NCBI RefSeq assembly: GCF_037042905.1
Contig: NC_087251.1
Span: 48,858,001 to 48,922,000, forward strand
Origin: Lytechinus pictus
Taxonomy: Eukaryota
Direction of reading: 5' to 3'
DNA length: 64,000 bases
Of the stretch, positions 39,601 to 46,970 are shown in pieces. The notes beneath the pieces are model-generated. The model had not been told where the DNA came from. It ran no database searches and was given only the letters and a program-made list of their open reading frames with translations. Within the stretch, counting starts at the first letter, position 1, and each line of letters starts with the position of its first letter. Position numbers and translations under genes: made by a program.

Positions 39601-42600
39601 TAAACTGTCAACTAGGTCATTTATAAACACATTAAAGAGGAGCGGGGATAACAGGCAGCCTTGTTTAACACCAGACTCCACCTGAAAGAAATCTGTTAAG
39701 TTACCATTGACATTAACAGTGCACATAGTTTCCTGGTAAAGAGCTTTGATACTATTATACAATTTACCATGAACACCAATTGATCTTAATTTGTGCCATA
39801 GCATAGTCCGATTAACCCGGTCAAAAGCTTTTTTTGCATAAAAAAAACATACAAAAGTATTCTTTTTACAAAGCTTACGGTTTTCAATTATTGAATAAAG
39901 ACTGTATAAGTGATCAAGACAGCCTCTTTTCTTTATACAAAACCCATTCTGCTCTTCCTTAAGAATACATTCTTTTTCCAAGAAAGTTGTCAGCCTATCC
40001 CTCATAATATCACAGTAAATCTTACATATCGCTGACATCAAGGTAATACCTCTATAGCTTAGGGGTTCACGTTCATCCATACCAAGTTTCAGGATAGGAT
40101 GTATTATTCCTTTTTGCCAAGCTCTGGGCGAAATACCATACTCAAAACAAAAGGAAAACAGAGTATGCAAAAAATGTATCGTAGAACTATTTTTTATCGG
40201 TTCAGCAACCATACCATCAATTCCTGCAGCTTTATTTAGTTTTGCTCTCCTAACAGCTTTAGATACTTCTGAAAATTCAATATAGGCAGGTTCAGTTTAT
40301 CACCTCGCGAATCAATGATCTGAGACTTTGATTCAAGACTTGATAATTGTTTTCTAATATCAGACAGGAATTCATCGTCAAAACCAGTACCACTATCTTT
40401 AAAAAGAGTGGATAAGTCTTTTTTCCATTTATCCATAACACTATCAAAATCTTCAGTAATTTCTCCCTCTTCATTTACAATTTCCATAGGAATTTTTGGC
40501 ACTTCATGTTTTCTTCTGAACCTATTCTACCTATCTCCTTCCAGAATGTACCTGAATCCTTGTTAACCATAGCATCAAGTGCATTATTAACCTTTTTATA
40601 TTGAAATGACCTTCTGGTTTGTTTTACAGCTTTGTCAAAAATTTTGTGTGCAGATTTATATTCAATAAACTTATTGCTCTTGTACAAAGGCTGCTTACAA
40701 TTTATCCAGGCCTTTTGCTTACTTTTAACTTCCTTCCACAGACATTGCAAGTTCTCATTCCACCAAGCTTTAGGGGAGTGAGGGAGACCTTTTTCACGAT
40801 TACCAATATTCCTTTTTCTGCAATGTCTGTGGACAGAATTTCAAATAACTTTTTTCAAATTCACTGTAAACCTCATCTAGATGTTCTTGAGTGTGTCACA
40901 ATTCAATTTAGTAGCAAGGTCATTAAAGTGCATTTACACTTTGATCATCAGACATAAAAGTATCATTTATATCACTAGGATAGTACATTTTAGCTAAATT
41001 CTGAGACCTCAATTCAGTATGTTCAACATAATCAGATTTGTTAGACATATATTCAAGGTTAAGCTTACTTACATACCAACACAAAATTGAATGATCAGGG
41101 ATTGAACCTAATGCGGGGATAGAATATTTTATTTGCTAAGAACATCAGCTACTCACAGTACTTTGAAGTTAGAGTATTGGTTGAGATCATGGTAAAGTAC
41201 TAAACAGTAATCTACAACTTATTTTCCTTTGTAAGACACACAAGTATAATCATCATTTGAAAATCTAACATTTAAATAGCACACATTAGAAGTTACGCAA
41301 AAGTCCACAAAAGAATTGCCTTGCGAGTTTGTTTCAAAGTCTAGAGTTTTCTGAGGCCTGACCGAGTCTATACCTTCAATAAAATCTGGTGTCTCACCTA
41401 TTCTAGCATTAAAGTCTTTGCAAAGTTGAATTGAACCCATATCTTTGTAACTATAGACTCCTGATAGTAACTTATCAAAAAACTCTTCTGCATGGCCTCC
41501 TCTGCTTGAGTTTTCAGGCGGAAGATAGCAAACACAAATATAAAATAAATCGTGTTTTTGTTTATTTTTCAGATGAATCCACATTATACCATCATACAAT
41601 TTCTCCACACATTTCAAAGAATAATGTTGAAGAACACGCCGATGAATCAAAAATCCAACTCCACCAGAGCCTTTCCTTGCTTTTTTGTGTAGATGTAAAC
41701 GGTTATGGCCAATCCAGAAATAATCAGGAATTGAAATTGCTTGACTTTTAACAAGATGACTTTCCACTAAGCTATTAATATCAAAATCACACTTTACCAA
41801 GATGCTTTTCTTTAATGAACATGCTTCTGACCAACCACCAACATTCCAACATGCAATGCTAAGCTGATAATAGCCGTCGTTACCCTATACATGTGGGTCC
41901 TCAGGGGTCACTTTCCCATCTGCTGGGGGGGGGGGGGGTTCTGGGTTCCTATATTCTGCACCATCAATGAAGAGTTTGCCATTTCGAAACAAAGTTTTCT
42001 TGCCAGCTTTGTACGCTTCAGCTGCTATGGGCTTCAGCTGTTGTTTAGCCATGCAATCTGCAGGTGTCTCATCCTGTTTGATGTAAAAGGAGGTCTTTGC
42101 ATCAAGTTTCCGCTTGGATCGTAAGATCCGGTCTCTAACCTCAACTGTAGAGACCTTGAAGATGATAGGTCTTATAGCCCCTTCCTTCCTTTTACCTAGT
42201 CTGTGGGCAATCTCGACCTCTGAGTCAATACTGAGGAAGTCTTTCAAGACATTGATCACAATCACTGACGGGACCTCGTCTTTCTTCTCAGGGCCAAATT
42301 TACAAAGTAACAAGTTGCATCTCCGTGAGTATCGCTCAAGTTTATTGTTGACAGCTTGAAGGTGACCAATCTTGGCTACACAGGTAGACATGTCCTTGGA
42401 CAAAAAGTTTACTGTTTTTTCAAAATCAGTTGTTCTAGCAGACTCAAACTCAATTGAGCTTTCCAGCTCTGCTTGTTTGGACTTACGCTCATGAATGCAG
42501 GCTTTCATAGATTCCTGACCAGCTAGTATGGACTTCAACGACCGACCTACTAATTGTTCAAAGCCCGGTTCATCTACAACAAAGCTCGCTGACCGAGACT

Positions 42601-45600
42601 TCATCTTATCTTTGTTTGTCCCGGCGTTCCCGCTAGCACGGTCTCGCAGTTCCATTGTCTCTTCGCTTCACGCTAACTCAAAACACAGTTAATGGGACTA
42701 CAAATAAAAATACACGCGCGACGAATAGTTCAAACTATCAGACCAATTACTCACAAAATATGACACAGATCTGTCAAAAGTTTCCACACCGTTAGTCCAC
42801 CTGATCCTCAAAATTCTGGGCAACAGATATCACACTGCTTTCCGATAAAAGTGATATTTATGTCAAATTAAAAAACTAAAAAGACATCAATCGCACAGCT
42901 CGTAGTGACATGACACCACCATGAGACCATGACACATATGTGCACAAAATCAATAAAGTTGAAAACAACAAGAACAAGTGGAATGCCTCTGGCGGTCTCA
43001 TCTGCATCACGCGATTCAATATAGCAGCAGTGCTGACTTTGAAAACTACTATAAAATAATTATTCACAAACAACACCATTCATATAATAATACAATACTA
43101 CGTTCATCGACATTTGACCTTGATCATGTGACCTAAAACTTGTCAGTGATACTTGATTACCCCTATATCCACATTTTATACATTATATCTATAAACTTTG
43201 AAAGTTATGACAGCAATCTAATAATTACCACTAAAATGGCCAAAGTTCAATGACCTTAAATGACCTTTGACTTTGGTCATGTGACCTGAAACTCGCATGA
43301 GATGTTCAGTGATACTTGACGACTCTTATGTCCAAGTTTTATGAACTAGACCTATATACTTACAGAGTTATGATGGTAATTCAACAAATACCCCCAACAT
43401 GGCCAATGTCCATTGACCTTTGACCTTGGTCATGTGACCTGAAACTCGCACAAGATGTTCAGTGATACTTGGTTACTCTATGATGGTAATTCAACAAATA
43501 CCCCCAATTTGGCCAAAGTTCATTGACCCTAAATGACCTTTAACCTTAGTCACGTGATGTGAAACTCATGCAGGATGTTCAGTAATACTTGATTAACCTT
43601 ATGGCCAAGTTTCATGAACTAGGTCCAAATACTTTCTAAGTTATGCTGTCATTTCAAAAACTTAACCTTCGGTTAAGATTTGGTGTTGACGCCGCCGCTG
43701 CCGCCACCGTCGGAAAAGCGGCGCCTATAGTCTCACTCTGCTATGCAGGTGAGACAATAAAACTAAACAACAATGAGCTGAAAATATGCGAAAGAGGTCT
43801 GTATATTTATAGAAGCAAGATTTGTTAAGCCCGGTGTCCCTCAACACAAAGGTCAGCGATTAAACATACGCTTGATTTTCACAATTAATTGTACATTGTA
43901 GTCAATGCAATCGATTGTGACCATATGTTATACGATGATTGCTAAGCTTTGTGTGACAGGCCCCAGATCACCTTCAAAACAGCAGCAAAATATGTACCTG
44001 TATAATTATGTGTTATATAATCAGAAATTAAACATCTGTATGGGCTCTCAACTGCATGTTATTTAACATTATGCCTATTGCCCTGCTGATCAAGAAAAAA
44101 TTTATACACTTAACTTCTGAAATTTTAAAATAATGACCTCTGTGAGCTTTGGCATTTGCCCGTATGTCCCCCAAATATAATCAGAGGATCATTATAAGCA
44201 TATTCACATGAGTGAAGTTAAAATTTGATCCCTCAAATGGCTCTTCAATTCTCGCTACCCCAAATAGCGATTTCGCCGAGATCCGGGAAAATCCCTGTAA
44301 CGTGCATTGCATTATGGGATAGCTTTTTCGGTATTACAACTTCCTGTTCGGAAGTCCAACGCACTGCATTTGCCATTTAGATCAACAGTGCCGTCATGCA
44401 CAACAACACAACGTAGCTTTCGCTCGGAAAGTTCGTGATCACAACCCTCTCTTTCACTAACAGTTTTACAGCCTTTTCTGCTAAAGTCACTAATTCTGCC
44501 TGACGCTTTCCATTGCATGGTATTCATCTGTCAGTTAAGATTTTTTTAAGTTCCGAAACTGATTTTTATCCATTTTGTGGTCGACGAAAAATTGAACGAA
44601 ATGAATGCTGAATATATTTAGTGTCTAGTTGAATACGATCATGATGTCAGGCCGGTCGCTAAATGCAAAATTTTAAGATATTCATTATTTGTTTGATTTT
44701 TTTATAACCAAATAAAAGCATGAATAAAAATTATTCTCACGTGAAATATATTTTTTATTTTTATTTATAATTCAAATGGAATCAAAACTGACCAAATGCA
44801 ATAAAAGGTATTATACTCTGTACATATTACGCTGATTGGCATCGATTTCAGCGTGGTGGAAAACTCAGTATCGCGAACCTCGCGCGAGCATGACTCTAAA
44901 CCGGAAGTGGTGATGACGACCCGACGGAGTGAAAATTATCTCGTCTCGCGCATTATGAGATTTTTGTTCCTATTTGGGGTAGCGAGAATTATCAAAAGAA
45001 CAATATACTTCAATGTACATAACGGCCTTTTATCTTAATATCCCAAAACTAATCAGATCATCCCATCTTTCATGTGAAACAAGTGTTAAAGGAGAATGAA
45101 ACTCTTGGAGCAAGTTAGCTTTTGTGAAAGCAGAAAAATCAAAGAATAAGATCAACAAAACTTTGAGTAAAATAGGACTAGCAATAAAAGAGTTATGAGC
45201 ATTTGAATGTCGAGATCACTAATGCTATGGAGATCCTCCCATTGGCAATGCGACCAAGATCTGTGATGTCACACACGTACAACTCTCCCATTCGGACACT
45301 GAAAATATACCCCAAAACATCTCTTTTTGCTCATTCTAATCATATGACAAACGATTCATCAATGATATAATGTTGTGAAACCTCTGTACTTGTCATCTCA
45401 TAAAGAAAACACCTAACCTTGTGATAGACTCTATAAACGGTGAGAATATAAGTGAAATAAGTACTAAAGTAATGAGGGAGTTGTACGTGTGTGATATCAC
45501 AGATCTTGGTCGCATTGCCGATGGGAGGATCTACATGGCACTAGTGATCTCAATATTCAAATGCTCATAACTTTCTTATTATTCATTCAATCTTCCTCAA

Positions 45601-46970
45601 ACTTTCAACAATATGTTTCTTTGATTTTTCTCTTTGATATGGATTCAGCTAGTTTCAAGGGTTTCATTCTCCTTTAAGTATCTTTCAAATGGTTCTTAAT
45701 TCGTTGCAAGAACAAAAGAGGTGCAGTCTATGGACAGAAGACACAAATAATAGAAAATGCCTCTGACAAAATACTTACATGCATTATTAAAGAGTGGGGT
45801 AGAAAATTTCATCACATTCAAGTGACTTGCTATTACCAAACTTTTTTAACTCATGGTTCTGGAAATGAGCACAACATAATCATAATCAAAAGTGATATTC
45901 TTCCCCAGTGATACAAGAAAGGAAGGAAATTGGATGCTTACTTTGATTCAAATGTATCAGCCAATTCTCCTTTATCCGGATCACCAGTCTCACTTTCTGC
46001 AATGGACTTGAGGGCTAAATAATACACGATAAGAAAACCTCAAGGGTTTAAAATTTCAACAAGAAAAAAGTGATTTGAACAGAAAGGCTTTACTAAATTA
46101 GTGTGTACATTTCTACAAGTTTTGCAGTATGGGGAACAACATTAACTCTTCTGAATCTGAATACAGGAATTAATATATTCAGTATTATGTCTGTATATTT
46201 CACCTAGTACAGGAGAGATCACTTATTAGAAAATGATAATAATAATTAATTATAAAAATAACAGTAAATTGGACTATATTGCACCAAATCCACTCTGTAA
46301 AGAGCTCAATGTGCTTTTCTTAAAATGTTAAAGGAAATTAAAGAGAATTGAACAAAAATGTATTTAGGTGAACAAGTAATTGACTTTGAAAGTAACTTCT
46401 GGAAAAGAAAGGTGAAAGAATCACTGCGGAAAAGGATTAATACAGTACTTAATAGAGACTTTGCATATACATTGTCTCAAGAACGAAAGCTCGCCCAAAC
46501 TAAGGTTGGTTGAAGCTTCAAAAAAATTATTTAATTGATAATCCCAAAGTTTTTTTGTATGTTTTAAGGTGGTTTTTTTTTCAAAGTTTCAGAAGTTCAT
46601 ATATTATAACACTAAGTAAATTTGTGATGAAATTGACTTAGACAATGTTATTCCTAAAGTGCATTAAAAAATTTACCATTTGAGAGAATTGACCATGTAG
46701 AACAAAATTATAGGAAAATAAAAGATTTTACCCAAAAACTACAGCTTTATTGAAAGAAATTTAACCATTCTTGGGTAATCTAAAAATGTCAATAAGTAAT
46801 CAGTCAATCATATCAGCTAGCATCATGGATGAAAAGATGACCCTTCACATACCAGTCACTTTTTCTTTCCGTTTTGCAGCTCTACATATTTGCAGTTCAG
46901 AAAATGCATCAACATCAGCCTTCTTGGAGACGGGCTTTAATCTAGAGTATGTGTTGAAAAAGCGAGGCAT
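9674..46970 (-). CDS. 14-exon gene for a ~546-aa disordered protein; candidate MEIKIN-like meiotic kinetochore factor
   Basis: Coding exons 5'->3': 46970-46853, 46014-45942, 37953-37902, 35686-35554, 29734-29618, 28835-28740, 27486-27370, 26726-26620, 23740-23609, 14852-14733, 14092-13943, 12001-11837, 11075-10883, 9741-9674. Total 1641 nt, all phases compatible, no internal stop; 12 GT-AG introns and 1 GC-AG. Starts MPRFFNTYSRLK and ends PQDILETIPDRTFLHLKSAIGSHS*. The gene model is well supported; the MEIKIN identity rests on short recalled motifs, so no symbol is given. Confidence 0.75.
10265..10736. mobile_element. Remnant of a non-autonomous DNA element with a C-run terminus
   Basis: Inverted pair GGTATGTGCCATGG / CCGTGGCACATACC followed by GAGTAC(C)n-TGGG; same style of end as the element at 36861-37417. 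Confidence 0.5.
11371..11751. mobile_element. Two abutting small Harbinger-like MITEs
   Basis: GGGGGGTGTTTCACAAAGATTTAAG / CTTAAATCTTTGTGAAACACCCCCC, immediately followed by GATGGTTTTTCATAAAGCTGTT / AACAGCTTTATGAACGGCCATC. Confidence 0.7.
12259..12365. repeat. ~52-bp tandem duplication
   Basis: TTATTAAGAATTCAATGGTAATTCAGCCTTCATG(A/G)GTGCAAATATTGACAAA twice. Confidence 0.9.
12911..13560. mobile_element. piggyBac-like non-autonomous element
   Basis: CCCTAA...TTAGGG termini with ATAA/TTAA flanks; related fragments near 9128 and 23818-24098. Confidence 0.55.
14869..15028. repeat. (AAT)n microsatellite
   Basis: Imperfect AAT run just upstream (in host orientation) of the acceptor of the minus-strand exon at 14852. 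Confidence 0.95.
15128..15422 (-). mobile_element. tRNA-derived SINE
   Basis: Minus strand reads TGGTGTAGCG (A box) ... GTTGGAATCC (B-box-like), then a conserved-core-like CCAGGTGGTAATTGGGTAC and an (ATT)n tail; a related core remnant lies near 47940-48060. Confidence 0.75.
16159..17336 (+). mobile_element. HINE/Helentron-associated (pearl/Tsp-like) element with ~162-bp internal tandem repeats, copy 1
   Basis: Starts AAACAAGTGGAATGCCTCTGGCAGTCTCGCCTGCAT; core repeats GACCTTTGACCTTGGTCATGTGACCTGAAACTC spaced ~162-192 bp; GCC microsatellite; terminal hairpin/subTIR GTCTCGCTCTGCTATGCAGGCGAGAC; sits in an A-run with no TSD. Confidence 0.8.
17631..17671 (-). ncRNA. Minimal type I hammerhead ribozyme (U3-A8 variant) in the inverted pLTR arm
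   Basis: Reverse-complement copy of 20495-20535. Confidence 0.7.
18306..20297 (+). CDS. Penelope-like RT-GIY-YIG endonuclease ORF (N-terminally truncated, otherwise open)
   Basis: LLKKGLAFA, PADKG, YGLPKIHKPGIPLRPIVS, SFDVVSLFTNVP, GAAMGSPVS, WKRYVDD, VYRKPTHTD, GVVYNIPCQGCDGSYIGET..RISEH. The frame is open from 18306 (SSRQIT...). Confidence 0.95.
   Translation, partial: SSRQITSTEEQLLKKGLAFAVSPPKLPITEIVAKVETAVKYIDPVSADAARKDVDSILQRARPPKPNTTREMRDALKTLKNDDSITILPADKGSATIILDSTAYEDKMTELLSSGPYKMLKKDPTDRMCRKLTSTLLALKKDKVLDEATYKKIKPTQKQPPRIYGLPKIHKPGIPLRPIVSCIGSFAYNLSKYLADILSPLTNCSEHTVSNSSEFAEFTSEQTVNEQESMISFDVVSLFTNVPIEGACSTALQRMQSDPTLSERTTLMPEQIAELLEFVLRSTYFLYRGSFYEQTEGAAMGSPVSAVVANLYMEGFEQNALPKCPSTCHPRVWKRYVDDTFIIVNRSETDSLLSYMNSQQPSIQFTLETEQGGKLAFLDTLVQRHEGGKLSTSVYRKPTHTDQYIPYDSHHDKSVKKGLVKCLFDRAARIITHPPELPKERAHIRGALYSNGYPRRFIKNTFKKKQPPRDQKVFKTCTVLPYIDGLSQQLKRRLEGHGIRTVFRSDTTLHKQLVHPKDPIPDHRRDGVVYNIPCQGCDGSYIGETARPIVERISEHKRDVRLQRTDTSAVAEHAWEKQHHPDWEGVQCIAKERHWYTRRIKEAISIRLCPNNFNRDSGIDIPDFWMRTIRQHNTPLPGSARRPDRSRPRTRDRSASQPPPTGN
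20319..20470 (+). promoter_or_regulatory. Putative pLTR Pol II promoter (3 octamer sites + TATA)
   Basis: ATTTGCAT (reverse ATGCAAAT) three times between 20319 and 20375, then TATAAATA at 20463-20470, upstream of the ribozyme. Confidence 0.5.
20495..20535 (+). ncRNA. Minimal type I hammerhead ribozyme (U3-A8 variant) in the Penelope pLTR
   Basis: Stem I UCAC/GUGA; core UUGAUAA(A); stem II GAGUUGC-AGCG-GCACUC; GAAA; palindromic stem III AGCU; predicted cleavage after C20531. Confidence 0.72.
21618..21969. mobile_element. MITE with TAG...CTA termini (Academ-like)
   Basis: TAGTCTGCAGGCACAGACCCT / AGGGTCTGTGCATGCAGACTA; ~70-bp imperfect TIRs. Confidence 0.6.
22610..23584 (+). mobile_element. 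HINE-like element of a second family, with CCATGGCAAC-core tandem repeats
   Basis: Starts AAACTAGAGCTATCAC; ~160-bp units with TACCATGGCAACA / TTTCATGAGAATTGGTT; ends in a CCCTTCAAACTTCTTTGGGGGG hairpin. Confidence 0.65.
24226..25091 (+). mobile_element. HINE/pearl-like element, copy 2
   Basis: Same 5' AAACAAGTGGAATGCC start, core repeats and 3' ATGCAGGCGAGAC end as 16159-17336. Confidence 0.8.
25368..25958. mobile_element. Kolobok/T2-type MITE (family C, copy 2)
   Basis: TTAA flanks; reverse-orientation homologue of 5560-6153. Confidence 0.85.
27848..28591. mobile_element. Non-autonomous DNA transposon with 4-bp TSD (Sola2-like)
   Basis: TIR GGGCAGTTCCAAG / CTTGGAATTGCCC; CAAA direct repeat on both sides. 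Confidence 0.65.
29144..29431. repeat. ~145-bp tandem duplication
   Basis: ATACATTCAATAAAT...CAGTACAGGCAGAGATTATC...CAGTAATCAAG twice. Confidence 0.9.
29467..29598. mobile_element. Small Harbinger-like MITE (CAG TSD)
   Basis: GGTCCTGTAACACAAAG / CTTTGTGTTACGGGACC flanked by CAG; related copy near 43833-43964. Confidence 0.7.
30067..32662 (-). mobile_element. CR1-clade LINE, 5'-truncated, young
   Basis: Intact ORF2 remainder, short 3' UTR and (GAT)n tail at 30067-30082. Apparently inserted into the arm of an older MITE (GGTATTCTG at 29791 ... CAGAATACC at 32698). Confidence 0.9.
30182..32644 (-). CDS. CR1 ORF2 (C-terminal part of APE endonuclease + reverse transcriptase)
   Basis: MGDFNFPDINW, LGLSDH, KSPGPDGLHP, NYRPVSLTS, YLDFRKAFDSVPH, GIPQGSVLGPVLF, FADD, EKDLGV, RPHLEY, ERVQRRATK, RRRRGDMI, TRGHCLKL; 820 codons with no stop. 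Confidence 0.93.
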   Translation of the reverse strand: MASENREKHLLIMGDFNFPDINWKRSHVNSTSNNTSYMFLTATQEAFLHQHIYEPTRYRHGQNPNVLDLAFTCTADDLISSIDYLPPLGLSDHVCILTKLDILQEKDKLPERESRPNLQKGDYNSMNETLEKIDWDKDFTGKTCEQAWTSLFHNIKEGVENYVPVRKCNTDKRRNIYVSKAILKLSKKKTRYWKRYSDVNRTRDEREIDYRQYKRVRNQLRKETRAASNNFELDLVENIGHNPKAFWRYANSKVKSKGRITSLMKGNGQLTESDSEIASVLNDYFSEVFTREDMDSIPDIQVPLRSDLPTLSEVKVQEIDVSKKLKNLNTNKSPGPDGLHPKVLYELAESIAKPLTLICNKSMQEGKLPSDWKQGTVVPIHKKGSRTQASNYRPVSLTSVAGKLMEKILRDVIVTHLLRNDLLTQSQHGFTPGRTCATQLLYVLEEWSRLLDEGETIDVLYLDFRKAFDSVPHQRLLLKLKAHGIEGKLLNWIRAFLIGRVQRVFVNGESSDWSPVTSGIPQGSVLGPVLFLIYINDLPSDVINSRVVLFADDTKLYSTGNTPSQTSGLQDDLNYLIEWSERWQLPFNDDKCKVLHIGRRNLGKSYHMHGKDLQVVEAEKDLGVIVDCQLKFHQHVSSAVSKGYQLLAIMKRTFTQLTRTTLPLLFKTLIRPHLEYGSILWHSRFKEDARRIERVQRRATKLVRELKNVPYQDRLKELNLYSLLYRRRRGDMIFVHQLMHGLINLPLDHFFTKSVGRSTRGHCLKLQKEHCRLDIRSKSFSRRGIDDWNSLPESIVVLPTTESFKRHVDKHWWDHRFDLP
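33465..33957 (+). mobile_element. L2-clade LINE remnant with internal deletion
   Basis: GVPQGSVGGPTLFSIY, degenerate YxDD (YVVD), KFNPSKTEFL, one stop, then a jump to a 3' end GCGCATTACAAAT + (TAT)n. Confidence 0.75.
36202..37786 (+). mobile_element. HINE/pearl-like element, copy 3 (interrupted)
   Basis: Same termini and core repeats as copy 1; split by the insertion at 36861-37417. Confidence 0.8.
36861..37417. mobile_element. Non-autonomous DNA element with G/C-run TIRs and 8-bp TSD
   Basis: AGTAGGAT at 36853-36860 and 37418-37425; arms CACTTACATTGATGAGTGGATACCATGC / GCATGGTATCCACTAGTCAATGGAAGTG. Confidence 0.8.
38090..42930 (-). mobile_element. Full-length but degenerate non-LTR retrotransposon (RTEX-like)
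   Basis: ORF1 at 42655-41885. Broken ORF2 has APE (GSGGVGF, CVCYLPP, DFNARIG), RT (YRGITL, KKAFDRV, GVKQGCLLSPLLF, YADD) and the C-terminal IETG..C..C..IEDEFH..CPAY motif. (TAAAC)n tail; possible TSD GA(T/C)ACATA at 38082-38089 / 42931-42938. The clade call is tentative. Confidence 0.85.
41885..42655 (-). CDS. LINE ORF1 (coiled coil + L1-type RNA-binding domain)
   Basis: LERYSRRCNLLL, IAHRLGKRKEGAIRPIIFK and FRNGKLFIDG motifs, directly upstream of ORF2. Confidence 0.8.
   Translation of the reverse strand: MELRDRASGNAGTNKDKMKSRSASFVVDEPGFEQLVGRSLKSILAGQESMKACIHERKSKQAELESSIEFESARTTDFEKTVNFLSKDMSTCVAKIGHLQAVNNKLERYSRRCNLLLCKFGPEKKDEVPSVIVINVLKDFLSIDSEVEIAHRLGKRKEGAIRPIIFKVSTVEVRDRILRSKRKLDAKTSFYIKQDETPADCMAKQQLKPIAAEAYKAGKKTLFRNGKLFIDGAEYRNPEPPPPPADGKVTPEDPHV
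42973..43757 (+). mobile_element. HINE/pearl-like element, copy 4
   Basis: Same termini and core repeats as copy 1. Confidence 0.8.
44251..44986. mobile_element. Non-autonomous DNA transposon with AATT TSD (Sola1-like)
   Basis: Perfect 17-bp TIR CTCGCTACCCCAAATAG / CTATTTGGGGTAGCGAG; AATT on both sides. Confidence 0.75.
45090..45673. mobile_element. Kolobok/T2-type MITE (family B, copy 2)
   Basis: TTAA flanks; reverse-orientation homologue of 1914-2499. Confidence 0.88.

Noticed and set aside
9674..46970. Sororin, Wapl, Haspin or KNL1 identity for the minus-strand gene
   Set aside because: It has YSR and RVxF/SILK words, but no FGF motifs, sororin C-terminal domain, WAPL domain, kinase domain or MELT repeats.
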